Assembly: GCA_050287085.1 (NCBI GenBank)
Contig: JBNKBE010000002.1
Location: 320,001 to 384,000 of the forward strand
Source: Polyangiaceae bacterium
Lineage (GTDB): Bacteria; Myxococcota_A; Polyangia; Polyangiales; Polyangiaceae
Length of the DNA: 64,000 bases
Direction of reading: 5' to 3'
Below, in pieces: positions 49,985-59,499 of the stretch. The translations under genes were made by a program, and so were the position numbers. Position 1 is the first letter of the stretch, and every line of letters begins with the position of its first letter. The notes beneath the pieces are model-generated. The model ran no database searches. It was not told the origin of the DNA and worked only from the letters and a program-made list of their open reading frames with translations.

Positions 49985-50071
49985 GCGCCGCCAACAACCC
50001 AGCGCCGCCAACAACCCCAGCGCCGCCAACAACCCAGCGCCGCCAACAACCCAGCGCCGCCAACAACCCCA
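49985..50071. repeat. Five-copy 17/18-bp tandem repeat (VNTR) gcgccgccaacaaccc(c)a
   Basis: Units of 17, 18, 17, 17 and 18 bp with no spacers, between convergent genes. Confidence 0.92.
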
Positions 50072-50095
50072 GCGCTGCTGACGTCGGCGCGCGTT

Positions 50096-51835
50096 CTAGT
50101 AGAGGCGCTCGAGCTGCGGCAGATACAGCTCGGTTACCCGGCGCCGTTTGATCTTGAGGCTTGGCGTCAGCAGCCCGTTTTCGACGGTGAAGTCTTCACG
50201 CGTGATGGCGAGCTTCTTGGGCGCCTCGTAGCTTCGGAAAGTGCAGGCCTGTTTGGCCTCGCTGAGCAGCTGTTCGAGCAGCTGCGGACATTCGTTCCAG
50301 TTGCTAGGCAGCGACAGCTGTCTCTTCTTGGCCCATTCCAAGACGGTGTCTTCGTCCGGCACAACGAGCAGTACGTTGTACGGCCGATTGTGACCAAACA
50401 GCATCGCGTTGCTAATAAACGGAGACAACTTGATCTGTTCCTCCAGACTCGCGGGCGCCACGTACTTGCCGTTCTCGAGCTTATACTGCTCTTTGATACG
50501 ACCCGTTACAGTGAGAAATCCGTCGGCATCCAGATGCCCTAGATCTCCAGTGCGCAGGCCTCCATCAGGGGTCATTACGGCCGCGGTCTCCTCAGGTAGG
50601 TTGTGATACCCTTGCATTACATTGGGGCCGTAGACGATGATTTCTCCCTCGTCGGGGGCTTCGCTCTTGCTCTTGTCGATGACGACACGCACCCCTGGGA
50701 TCGGACGTCCGACGGTTCCAACCTTCTTCTGACCTGGACAGTTCGTCGCTACAACGGGGCTGGTTTCAGTTAAGCCGTATCCCTCATAGAGATCTATGCC
50801 GAGGGCGTCGATGAATTCAGCGACCTCGCGGCTGAGCGCTGCGCTGCCGCTCACCAGGGTTTCGAGTTGTCCGCCAAAGCGGGCGCGCACTTTGGCGAAG
50901 AGCAGGCGATCGGCCAGGGTGAGCACGGCCTCGTCGATCAGTCCGAGCGAGTCGCCTCGGCGTTTTGCCGTGGCCAGTGCAATGCCACGAGCGAACAATC
51001 GTTGAATGAGCTTGGGGCGCGCTTCCATCTGACGGTGAACGCGATCGTAGATGCGGTTGAATATGCGCGGCACCGCCACCAGAACCTTGGGCTGGACGGA
51101 TGCGAGGTTGTCGACGATATTGGGAATGGCATCATTGATCGCCATCGAACCGCCATTGCTCACCAAGAAGTGGAGCTCCGCGATTTGTCCGTAGGCGTGT
51201 GCCCACGGCAGGAACGACAGAGAACGGGCGGGCCCGATGTGATAGAGCCCCTCGTATTCGGCGACGTTGCTGCAGATGTTGTGATGGGTCAGCAGTACGC
51301 CCTTTGGGTTGCCTGTTGTGCCCGAGGTGTAGATGATGCAGGCCAGAGCGTCACCCTTGGGCCTCGACAGCGACGCGTCAGCGTCTGGGGCTGCGTATTC
51401 GAAGGCATCTTCGTGGGAGGCGGGGAGGCCTATGCCGATTACCTTCTGCAAGGTCGGCAGCTCGCCGCGCAGAGCCTGCAGCTGCTGATACACAGCGTCG
51501 GTTCCGGCGATGACCACTTTGGCCCCCGAGTCCGCCAGGATGAAGCGCCATTCTTCCTGGGGTTGGGCTACGTACATGGGGACGAAGGCGGCACCCCGAC
51601 CGAAGGTGGCGTAGGCAGCGACGGCCCAGGGCACGCAATTGTCGGCCACGATCGCAACTCTGTCGCCCTCGGCCACGCCGTGATGGGCCAGCAGCTGCCT
51701 AAACGCCGTGACCTGTTGGCTGACATCGCCGTAGCTGATCCACCGCCAACCGCCGGCTCCTTTGATTCCGAATAGCGGCGATGACGCATACTGATTGCGG
51801 CTGCTCTCGAACAAGTCGACTAGGCTTTCGTGCAC
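50096..51835 (-). CDS. Long-chain fatty acid-CoA ligase (AMP-binding)
   Basis: IYTSGTTGNPKG, SFLPWAH, YEGYGLTE, RTGDLG, GRIKE...NGKYVAP. Confidence 0.92.
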   Translation of the reverse strand: MHESLVDLFESSRNQYASSPLFGIKGAGGWRWISYGDVSQQVTAFRQLLAHHGVAEGDRVAIVADNCVPWAVAAYATFGRGAAFVPMYVAQPQEEWRFILADSGAKVVIAGTDAVYQQLQALRGELPTLQKVIGIGLPASHEDAFEYAAPDADASLSRPKGDALACIIYTSGTTGNPKGVLLTHHNICSNVAEYEGLYHIGPARSLSFLPWAHAYGQIAELHFLVSNGGSMAINDAIPNIVDNLASVQPKVLVAVPRIFNRIYDRVHRQMEARPKLIQRLFARGIALATAKRRGDSLGLIDEAVLTLADRLLFAKVRARFGGQLETLVSGSAALSREVAEFIDALGIDLYEGYGLTETSPVVATNCPGQKKVGTVGRPIPGVRVVIDKSKSEAPDEGEIIVYGPNVMQGYHNLPEETAAVMTPDGGLRTGDLGHLDADGFLTVTGRIKEQYKLENGKYVAPASLEEQIKLSPFISNAMLFGHNRPYNVLLVVPDEDTVLEWAKKRQLSLPSNWNECPQLLEQLLSEAKQACTFRSYEAPKKLAITREDFTVENGLLTPSLKIKRRRVTELYLPQLERLY

Positions 51836-52131
51836 GCAGGACCCTCTTTTTTGCTTCTTCGTGTGGAGTTGTCGCGGGGGCAGTCGCTGCTGCGTCTCGC
51901 CTCCGTTTCACGCAGTCTAGCGTGGATCCATTCAGGGTGAGGTTTCAAACGCCGAGAGCCGGCCTTGGATGCCGCATAGGGAGCGTGGGCGCTGGCTGCC
52001 GGTTTGGGACGACACGAGGCTTCCCAGGAGCGGGGCCATTTTTGCGTAGATTTGAGGCTCGGATACTCCTAAAGCTCTTGTTTCCCCGGTGCCCTGTGCA
52101 TCAGCCGGCTAGTCTTCCGGGGTCTAAGCCC

Positions 52132-53601
52132 ATGCCCTCCTATTCCGTCGTCACTTTCGGTTGTCAGATGAACATGCACGATTCCGAGCGCATGGCGGAA
52201 GTGATGGCTGCGGCAGGCTACACGTCGGCCCCTGCGCCCCAGGATGCTGATGTCGTGTTGCTGAACACGTGCAGCGTGCGAGAAAAGGCCGAACAGAAGC
52301 TGCGCAGCGAGGTCGGGCGGCTTGGCGTTCTCAAACGGCGAAAGCCCGAGCTCGTTATCGCGGTGGCGGGGTGCGTGGCTCAGCAAGAAGGAGAGGCGCT
52401 GCTTCGCAGCCTGCCACAGATCGACTTGGTGCTGGGGCCCGACAACATTGGTGAGCTTCCCGGTTTGCTTGCGGCGATCGAGGCGGGAGCGCCACCCAGG
52501 GCGCGCACCCAATTCGACTACGAGAGTCCGACTTTTCTCTCGGCGGCTCCCCAAGTCCGCAAGGCCAGTGCGTTCGTGACGACCATGAAAGGCTGCGATG
52601 AGCGTTGCACTTTCTGCATCGTGCCGTTCACTCGTGGCAGTGAGCGCTACCGGCCGTCGGCGGACATCGTCCGCGAGATCGCAACGCTGGTGGCGGGCGG
52701 AACGCAGGAAATCACCTTGCTCGGTCAAACCGTCGATAGCTACCGTGATCCGGATGCGGCGCTGGCTCAAGCCAAGGCCCACGGGGACGGCATTCGCAGG
52801 TGGGGGCGACGCACTCTCGTCCCGGACGATGAGACCGAGTTTCCAGCCCTACTTCGAGCGGTGGCCCGCGAGGTGCCGGACTTGAAACGCCTCCGCTATA
52901 CAAGTCCCCATCCTCGCCACTTGACCCCGGCACTCGTGGCCGCTCACGCGGAGCTCAGCGTACTTGTCCGTCACGTGCACATGCCAGTACAATCCGGCAG
53001 CGACCGCGTGCTCAAGCGGATGGGGCGACGCTACACGCGCCAAGAATACGTGGAGCGTACGGATCTGCTGCGTCGCGCCGTGCCGGGGCTGTCGCTTTCG
53101 ACCGACATCATCGTGGGTTTTCCCGGGGAAAGCGATGAGGACTTCGAGGAGACCCTCGCGCTGGTGCGTGAGCGGGGTTTCATCGGGGTTTTCGCCTTCA
53201 AGTATTCGCCGCGTCCTCATACGGCCGCCCTGAGGCTGGGCGACGACGTGCCGGAAAGCACGAAGTCGGAGCGCTTGGCCCGACTTCTAGAGCTGAGCGA
53301 GGCCATTCGGACCGAGCACTTGGCGGGCCTGGTAGGCGCTGTCGAACCCGTATTGGTTGAAGGGCGCAGCAAGACGGGGGCGTTCACTGGACGTACCGAA
53401 CGCAACGAAATCGTTCATTTTGGGGCGTCGGACGATCCCACAGGCGAGGTGCTCAGCGTGCGCATTGAACGCGCGCTGAAGCACTCCCTGATCGGCAGTT
53501 TGGTGGATGATGAGCGTGCTGTGCCGTATGAAGACGTCGTCCGCAGCGCCGCAAGCAGCACTTCCGCTAGGCGCGTGCTTCCGGTGGTACGAGAGCCCTA
53601 G
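52132..53601 (+). CDS. miaB: tRNA-2-methylthio-N6-dimethylallyladenosine synthase
   Basis: TFGCQMN, NTCSVREKAE, GCVAQ, GCDERCTFC, TSPHP, PVQSGS, TDIIVGFPGE, TRAM domain. Confidence 0.96.
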   Translation: MPSYSVVTFGCQMNMHDSERMAEVMAAAGYTSAPAPQDADVVLLNTCSVREKAEQKLRSEVGRLGVLKRRKPELVIAVAGCVAQQEGEALLRSLPQIDLVLGPDNIGELPGLLAAIEAGAPPRARTQFDYESPTFLSAAPQVRKASAFVTTMKGCDERCTFCIVPFTRGSERYRPSADIVREIATLVAGGTQEITLLGQTVDSYRDPDAALAQAKAHGDGIRRWGRRTLVPDDETEFPALLRAVAREVPDLKRLRYTSPHPRHLTPALVAAHAELSVLVRHVHMPVQSGSDRVLKRMGRRYTRQEYVERTDLLRRAVPGLSLSTDIIVGFPGESDEDFEETLALVRERGFIGVFAFKYSPRPHTAALRLGDDVPESTKSERLARLLELSEAIRTEHLAGLVGAVEPVLVEGRSKTGAFTGRTERNEIVHFGASDDPTGEVLSVRIERALKHSLIGSLVDDERAVPYEDVVRSAASSTSARRVLPVVREP

Positions 53602-53663
53602 GCGTCTTCACTGGGAGGCAGCAGGGCGTCGGCTTCAGCGGTCGAGTGTCCCGAGCGCTCTAG

Positions 53664-54353
53664 TCAGTACAGACCTGGCACCAGGCGGAAACGGGTTTGC
53701 TCTCGGTAGCATTGGTAGGCGGGATCGCCAGCCAGTAGCTGTTCTTCTAGCGCCGCTCGCCAAACCAGGGTAACCACACCTATGCCCCACACGCCGAAGT
53801 TCCAAAGCGAGGGTGCCGCGGCGACCGCGAGGCTGTCAGCGATCAGATAGCTGCTATAGGTCGGGTGGCGTACGAATCTGTAGGGACCGCTTCGGACGAT
53901 GGTGCGCCGGGCTGGCAGCAGGGCAAAGGAGCCGCCCAACGACAGGAGGCAGAGATCACCCAGCCAGTGCAAAGCGATGAGCCACCAGGTTGGTGGGCCC
54001 AGCTGATAGCCCATGAAATAGAGGGAGCTGACCGTGCACAAAACGATAACCCAGGGGCGGTTGTCGCTAGCCTTGGCGTCTTGTCTTCGGAGTGTCTGAG
54101 CCGCAAGTACGACCGTGACCGCTGCATACGCGACGCTGTCGACCCACTCGATACGCGTAGCGCCGCTTCCGAGAAACCAAGTGCTCAGGCCCAGACAGGC
54201 GAGCAGGTAGCCGGCGAGCCCTAAGTTGGCAATGCGGGGCCTGAGGAGGCGTGTCGCCGGCGGGTGGCGCGCCCGTTTTCTTTGGGCCGACGCGGAGCGA
54301 GGGGGAGCGCTTGGCTCGTCGCTACGAGCGTCAGGGGGCGGAGAATACAACAT
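53664..54353 (-). CDS. Isoprenylcysteine carboxyl methyltransferase/PEMT-like membrane methyltransferase
   Basis: TM helices; IVRSGPYRFVRHPTY, AALEEQLL, Y..YRE...RLVPGLY. Start uncertain. Confidence 0.8.
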   Translation of the reverse strand: MLYSPPPDARSDEPSAPPRSASAQRKRARHPPATRLLRPRIANLGLAGYLLACLGLSTWFLGSGATRIEWVDSVAYAAVTVVLAAQTLRRQDAKASDNRPWVIVLCTVSSLYFMGYQLGPPTWWLIALHWLGDLCLLSLGGSFALLPARRTIVRSGPYRFVRHPTYSSYLIADSLAVAAAPSLWNFGVWGIGVVTLVWRAALEEQLLAGDPAYQCYREQTRFRLVPGLY

Positions 54354-54939
54354 AAGCGACCGGCACCAGGGCACCCACCAGCGCAAGAACTCCGCCGCGC
54401 CCCACGAGACCCTTTCGCCCTGGCAACATGAAGAGCCCCGACACCACGAGGAAAAGAAGGAACGCCGCGTAGCCGTCGGCCACGTACGTCCACGCTTTCT
54501 TGCCTCGGTTGAGATGCAGCCAGTTCACAGCCCGAAAGAAGAAACGCGGCGACTGCCCCTGAATCAAGACGTGCCCCGACGTGGGATCGACGATCAACGT
54601 GCGCTCCCCAACACTCACCTCGAGTCTGTCCGGTGCCGCCGCGTACACATCCGTTGTAGGTTCGCCGATCTTCAGTGCCGCTAGCACTTGCTTTGCGGCG
54701 AGTTCCGGCGCCTCGGGCAAGGGGAGCGCCACGGTGTGTTCTTCTTGCACCTGCTGGAAGTTGGGATCCCAATCTGCGAGGTGATTGACGGCGATACCGC
54801 TCGTTGCATACACCACGGTGAGGCCGGCAGCGAGGTACCCCGCGTCGCGGTGCAGAGTGCGCAGCAGCAGGCGGAGCCGAAACGGGCGCTGGGCTCCAGA
54901 ACGCGAGGCTCCGGCTCGAACGGGGCTTCTTCGATTCAC
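54331..54939 (-). CDS. PepSY-associated TM helix protein
   Basis: LRTLHRDAGY..AGLTVVYATSGIAVNH, NWLHLNR, VVSGLFM; AGGAG ribosome-binding site. Confidence 0.82.
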   Translation of the reverse strand: MNRRSPVRAGASRSGAQRPFRLRLLLRTLHRDAGYLAAGLTVVYATSGIAVNHLADWDPNFQQVQEEHTVALPLPEAPELAAKQVLAALKIGEPTTDVYAAAPDRLEVSVGERTLIVDPTSGHVLIQGQSPRFFFRAVNWLHLNRGKKAWTYVADGYAAFLLFLVVSGLFMLPGRKGLVGRGGVLALVGALVPVAYVVFSAP

Positions 54940-55002
54940 TATGTCTCCTAGATTCTGGCCGCAGCTGGGATGTACATGGGCTGGCGAGCCCTACGCTGCC
55001 AC

Positions 55003-55725
55003 TCAACCGTAGCGTTCCTCGCGCCATGGATCAGCGTGGTTGTGGTAGCCGCGCGTCTCCCAGTAGCCAGGCGCGTCGCGGCGGGCGAATCGCAGGCCCG
55101 ATAGCCACTTGGCACTCTTCCAGAAATAGAGATCGGGGACAAGCGCTCTCACAGGAGCTCCGTGCGCCGGCGCTAGCGGGCGTCCTTCGTGTTCGTAGGT
55201 GAGCAATACGTCGGGCTTGAGCGCGTCGCCCCGAGGCACATTGGCCGTGTACCCGTGGGCGGCCTCAATGATGACATGTCGCGCGGAATCTTTGATGCCC
55301 GCTCGCTCTGCCACGTCCGTCAAGCGCACGCCTTTCCAGCGCGCCCCGAGCAGGCTCCAGCCCGTGACGCAATGAACGTCCAGGGTGAGCTCCACCTGCG
55401 GGAGCTCAAGCAGCTGACGGAAGTCAAGCTCCACCGTCCGGTTCACTTCGCCGTGCACGCGCAACTTGAAGTCTCGGGCGTGTGAGCTGCCAGCACGTCC
55501 ACCCATCGGTTTCAGACGCTCCAGGACGCGCTGGCCTGGGGGCACACGAGGTCGTCCGTCGGGGCGTTTTTCGCCCGCGTGGGCGAGGGTAAGATGTTCC
55601 GAGACAACGTATAGCCCCCCCAGAACCGATACCGTGGTTCCCGCCACCGCGGTACGCAGCCAGGTGCGTCGGGATGAGCTCTGAGGGCTGGTCGGGAGGG
55701 CGGAGCTTGGAGGCATAAGACGCAA
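55003..55725 (-). CDS. Sulfite-oxidase-family molybdopterin-dependent oxidoreductase (MsrP/YuiH-like), Tat-like signal
   Basis: SRRTWL, DVHCVTGWS (Mo-ligand Cys), WKGVRL, HGAPVRALVP..YFWKSAKWL, GYWETRGYH. Confidence 0.88.
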   Translation of the reverse strand: MRLMPPSSALPTSPQSSSRRTWLRTAVAGTTVSVLGGLYVVSEHLTLAHAGEKRPDGRPRVPPGQRVLERLKPMGGRAGSSHARDFKLRVHGEVNRTVELDFRQLLELPQVELTLDVHCVTGWSLLGARWKGVRLTDVAERAGIKDSARHVIIEAAHGYTANVPRGDALKPDVLLTYEHEGRPLAPAHGAPVRALVPDLYFWKSAKWLSGLRFARRDAPGYWETRGYHNHADPWREERYG

Positions 55726-56233
55726 ACCTGATTGTGAAGGAGGAGTCGGGGAGGGCGTTGCGGTGAGGCGGGCGTTGCGGTGGGGAGCGCTCGGTCCCGG
55801 TTGCCCATCGGAGCGCGCGGCGAGCAGCCTGCAGGGGCTCCGGGCGCTGCCCTAACGGCGGCGGGTACCGCGGGCCAATACGGGAGAGTATAGGGCGAAA
55901 TGGCCGAGACAGCGACGTTTCGAGCCTGGAGCACGCGTCGGCCTGCGCGGAAGTGCAGACGGAGACGCACCTAGGAGCTAACGTTCGGGAAGACCGATCG
56001 GTTTCTCAGCACGATCGCATTTTTCGCGGAGCCGACCGGGGCGCTCCGACCCTGGAAAGGAACTCGGATGTCGGCGCACGCCCTGGGGAGCCGGCCCTGT
56101 AGCCGGTGAAGGCGGCGCAACCCCTCGCATCGCGGCAACCCGGTTGATGCGCGGCTACCTCTCGCGGTCCGAGGGCGGGGTCTGTGGGGATTCTAGGCTG
56201 ATTTCGACGGTGGCGCGGCGCCGCCGCTCGCCT

Positions 56234-58225
56234 TCACCGGTACTCGTAGGTCGTCGTGAAGACCATCCCGGCGTGACAGGCGCCACACGGGACCAGGGCG
56301 CCTTCACCGTATACCGGCGCAGTGATGCTGGGTGTTCCGCAGCGTTCCGGCGGGCCGTCGCAGTAGTAGGCGGTGTTGTTTCGACGCGAGCCGTCGAGAA
56401 CAAGCAGCGCGGCGCGCCCGACGAGGCGCTGGCCCTGCCAAAGCTCCTTCACCGCAATCGATCCCGGGAAGTGCGGAGCGGCTTCGAAGTCTGCCTCCAA
56501 GGTGCCGTCAGGCTTGAACTTGACGGAATTGCCAGCGGCGATCGAGCGCTGCAGGACGTCGTTGGCGAATACTCGAACGTCGCCATGGGGCGAGACGTCG
56601 CTGGCCTTCGGCCGCGGCTTTTCTGACTCGGCCACCCACGGAGCCTGCAGGTACACTTCTGATTCCAAGAGGTTTTCAAGGTACTCCTGGACTTCGCCTC
56701 CCTTGCTCCCTGCGACGGGCGGGGGAATATTGCGCTGGGGTCCCCATCCTGTGGGCGGGGCGCCTCCGTCCACCAGCTCGTCTTCTGCGTGCAGGTAGAG
56801 CACTCCCATCATTCCCGACTCTGCGTGGTCCAGGATGTGGCAGTGAAACATCCACTTCCCAGGCCGCTCTTCGAATTGGGGTACGATCTTGACCGTACTG
56901 AGGGGCGGGATGTCGATGGTGTCCTTGAGTCGCAAGGGAGACTCCAGCGAGCCGTCATCTTGCAAAACCTGGAAGTGGAAGCCGTGGAGGTGGAACGGGT
57001 GGTTATATGCTGAGTGGTTGACGATACTCCAGACCTGCGCTTGTCCAATGACAGCGTGGAGCGGCGCCGAGTCCTCCCACGGAATCCCATTGATGCCCAT
57101 GCGCAACATGCCATCTATTCCGGTGTCCATCGTGAGCCCAATCTCGACCTCTTGCGCTCCCGCCGAGGAGAAGCGCTCGAGTTTTCGTGTTAGCTTGGGC
57201 AACGCCGGCGGGGCATCGGGCTTCCCCGCTACGAAGTTCAGGCGGAGCAGGACTTCTGGGCCTAGGGCCGTGCCGGCCCCTTCACCTCTGAAGACCGGCA
57301 GGGTGACCAGGTCGACGAATGTGCCCGGTTCACCTCGTGCCTCGACGATGAGCTCGACGCGCTCTCCTGGAACTAGGCGGGTGGTTTCCTCTTGCACCGG
57401 AAACTCCATGCGGCCGCCGTCGCTTCCAATACGCAATATGGAGTGCCCCGCCATCTGCAGGTCCAGGTAGCGCGAGCGGGCCATGTTGAGGACGTGCCAA
57501 CGCAGACGCTGGCCGTTGACGACATTCATCTGCTGACTGGGCCGTCCGTTCAACAACAGCGTCGCGCCCTCCCGTCCCGCGATCTTACCGGCGGCTGCGT
57601 CGTCGTGCTGCTGGAGTGAGCCGTCTTCGAAGACGCTCATGTCGGAAATGGCCAGGACGGTCGCGGGCCCCAGTCTCCGATCCTCCTTGGGGTCTTCGAC
57701 TAGCAGTGCGCCGTAGAGTCCAGCCCCCACTCCCTCCAAGGTTTGATAGTGTGGATGATACCAAAACACGCTGGCATCGAGCAGCTCGAACTCGTAGCGA
57801 AAGGTCTTGCCCGCTTTGACCACAGGTTGGGTAACCCCAGGTACGCCGTCCATTCCGTTGGGGACTCGCATGCCGTGCCAGTGAATGGTGGTCCCGTCGT
57901 CGAGCTCATTGTTGAGATGGACGATGAGGGTATCCCCCTTCTTGGCTCGAATGAGCGGACCTGGAATCACCCCGTTGTAGGTCAATTGCTCGTGGGCTCG
58001 TCCGGGAATGACCTCCACGCTTTGTGCCGTGGCGGTCAAGGTCACTTCAACAGTATCGGGGTCTGGGTTGCTGTCAGAAAGTTCCGTCAGTCTCACGAAG
58101 CCGTCGTTCCGCGTCCCGGCGCCAGCATCAGCGCTCTCGGAGCCGGGCAGGACGCTCCGCTGGTTGCATGACGGGGTGAACAATAGGCAGACCAGGCTTA
58201 GGGCGAATCGGGATAGATCTCTCAA
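56234..58225 (-). CDS. Three-domain multicopper oxidase lipoprotein with a C-terminal c-type cytochrome (P460-like) domain
   Basis: TIHWHG, WYHPH, HPFHLHG, FHCHILDHAESGMM; tail HGDVRVFAN...PGSIAVKEL...CGACH. Confidence 0.88.
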   Translation of the reverse strand: MRDLSRFALSLVCLLFTPSCNQRSVLPGSESADAGAGTRNDGFVRLTELSDSNPDPDTVEVTLTATAQSVEVIPGRAHEQLTYNGVIPGPLIRAKKGDTLIVHLNNELDDGTTIHWHGMRVPNGMDGVPGVTQPVVKAGKTFRYEFELLDASVFWYHPHYQTLEGVGAGLYGALLVEDPKEDRRLGPATVLAISDMSVFEDGSLQQHDDAAAGKIAGREGATLLLNGRPSQQMNVVNGQRLRWHVLNMARSRYLDLQMAGHSILRIGSDGGRMEFPVQEETTRLVPGERVELIVEARGEPGTFVDLVTLPVFRGEGAGTALGPEVLLRLNFVAGKPDAPPALPKLTRKLERFSSAGAQEVEIGLTMDTGIDGMLRMGINGIPWEDSAPLHAVIGQAQVWSIVNHSAYNHPFHLHGFHFQVLQDDGSLESPLRLKDTIDIPPLSTVKIVPQFEERPGKWMFHCHILDHAESGMMGVLYLHAEDELVDGGAPPTGWGPQRNIPPPVAGSKGGEVQEYLENLLESEVYLQAPWVAESEKPRPKASDVSPHGDVRVFANDVLQRSIAAGNSVKFKPDGTLEADFEAAPHFPGSIAVKELWQGQRLVGRAALLVLDGSRRNNTAYYCDGPPERCGTPSITAPVYGEGALVPCGACHAGMVFTTTYEYR

Positions 58226-58240
58226 GGTGGATCCATTGTA

Positions 58241-58256
58241 GGCAAGAGCCGTGCCT
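58241..58256 (-). promoter_or_regulatory. Putative sigma54 (-24/-12) promoter
   Basis: Minus strand AGGCACG-GCTC-TTGCC matches TGGCACG-N4-TTGC, immediately upstream of the oxidase. Confidence 0.6.
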
Positions 58257-58621
58257 GATCTTGTTACTGGTTTGAGTCACCTGCCGCTTTCACCGCGCGA
58301 ACATTGCGCCGGGGGCGGCGCCCGATGAATCGAATGCGCGGCGGCTAGCGGGGCGAGCCCAGGCCCCGCTCCTGGATGATTTCAGCGTTGCGAAGGTCGG
58401 CTCGCAGACGCTGCGGGCCGTTGCGAAGGGTGTTCGGCGTAGGCGGCAAATGCAGGGTCTGCGGGCAGCGCGAGCCCACCCGCAACAGGTAGCGGATGGA
58501 TAGTGCCCCACGAAGGCACGGACCGCGGCGCGGATCGTTGAGGCCAGGTTCAGAAGTGCAGGTGTTGTCCGCCTCGCGACGGAGCCTAGATCCAATCTGA
58601 ACTCTCATCTAGGCTAGAGCC

Positions 58622-59482
58622 ATGTGTCGTCTTTTCGGGTTCAGAAGTGTTGTGCAGAGCCAAGTGCATTCCTCGCTGGTTGCCGCTGAGAACGCGCTAG
58701 GGACCCAGAGCAACCAACATCCAGACGGTTGGGGCGTCGCCTACTACGTCGACGGCTGTCCGCAGCTCACGCGCAGTCCGAGTCATGCGCTGGGAGATCA
58801 GCTCTTTCACCAGCTGAGCGCGGTCGTGGCGAGCCAGACTGTGCTGGCGCACGTCCGCAAGGCAACCCAGGGCGCCAACACGGTGCTCAACTGCCATCCG
58901 TTTCAACATGGTCGTTGGGTTTTCGCCCACAACGGTGACATCCCGAGCTTTCAGACCAGGCGGGATGCGCTGCTGCAACTCGTAGCACCTCGCCTTCGAG
59001 CCTTCATTCTGGGTGACACGGATAGCGAGCTATTGTTCTATATCTTGCTTTCGAAGCTCGCGGAGCGTTGCCCGCTCGATCGCTTCGCGGCGCTTTCCGA
59101 TCTGCGGTCGGCCTCGCTCGAGGCTGTGGCGTTGGTTCGGCGCGTAACAGACAGCGAAGGGGAGCGCGCACTCCTCACATTCATCATCACCGACGGTAGC
59201 TGCATGCTCGCCCACCACGGAGGCAAACCGCTATTTCTATCCACCTACAAGCAACGCTGCTCCGAACGAGACCTGTGCCCCCATCTTCGTCCGGTGTGTG
59301 AAGCGCCGTCTGAAAGCGGATTTGTAAACCACTTCATCATTTCTAGCGAGCCGCTGGGAGGGGAGAACGTCTGGCAAGCCCTGACCGCAGAGCAGACCGT
59401 TGGCGTGGACGGTCGCATGCAGCTTCACTCCTCGGTGTCGCTCACCAGGGGGGCCGAGCCGATGCGCTTGCCCGTGGTCTAA
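58622..59482 (+). CDS. Class II glutamine amidotransferase (YafJ/EgtC-like Ntn hydrolase)
   Basis: MCRLFG N-terminal Cys, HPDGWG, AHVRKAT, NCHPF, FAHNG, GDTDSE, SSEPL. Confidence 0.9.
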   Translation: MCRLFGFRSVVQSQVHSSLVAAENALGTQSNQHPDGWGVAYYVDGCPQLTRSPSHALGDQLFHQLSAVVASQTVLAHVRKATQGANTVLNCHPFQHGRWVFAHNGDIPSFQTRRDALLQLVAPRLRAFILGDTDSELLFYILLSKLAERCPLDRFAALSDLRSASLEAVALVRRVTDSEGERALLTFIITDGSCMLAHHGGKPLFLSTYKQRCSERDLCPHLRPVCEAPSESGFVNHFIISSEPLGGENVWQALTAEQTVGVDGRMQLHSSVSLTRGAEPMRLPVV

Positions 59483-59499
59483 CTCTGGCGTGAGCAGGG

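Noticed and set aside
49985..50071. Possible CRISPR array
   Set aside because: The units are contiguous with no unique spacers, shorter than CRISPR repeats, and no cas genes are present.
56186..56212. ggggattctaggctgatttcgacgg resembles a tmRNA 5' end
   Set aside because: Spacing differs, there is no matching T-arm/ACCA end, and it runs into the oxidase gene's 3' end.
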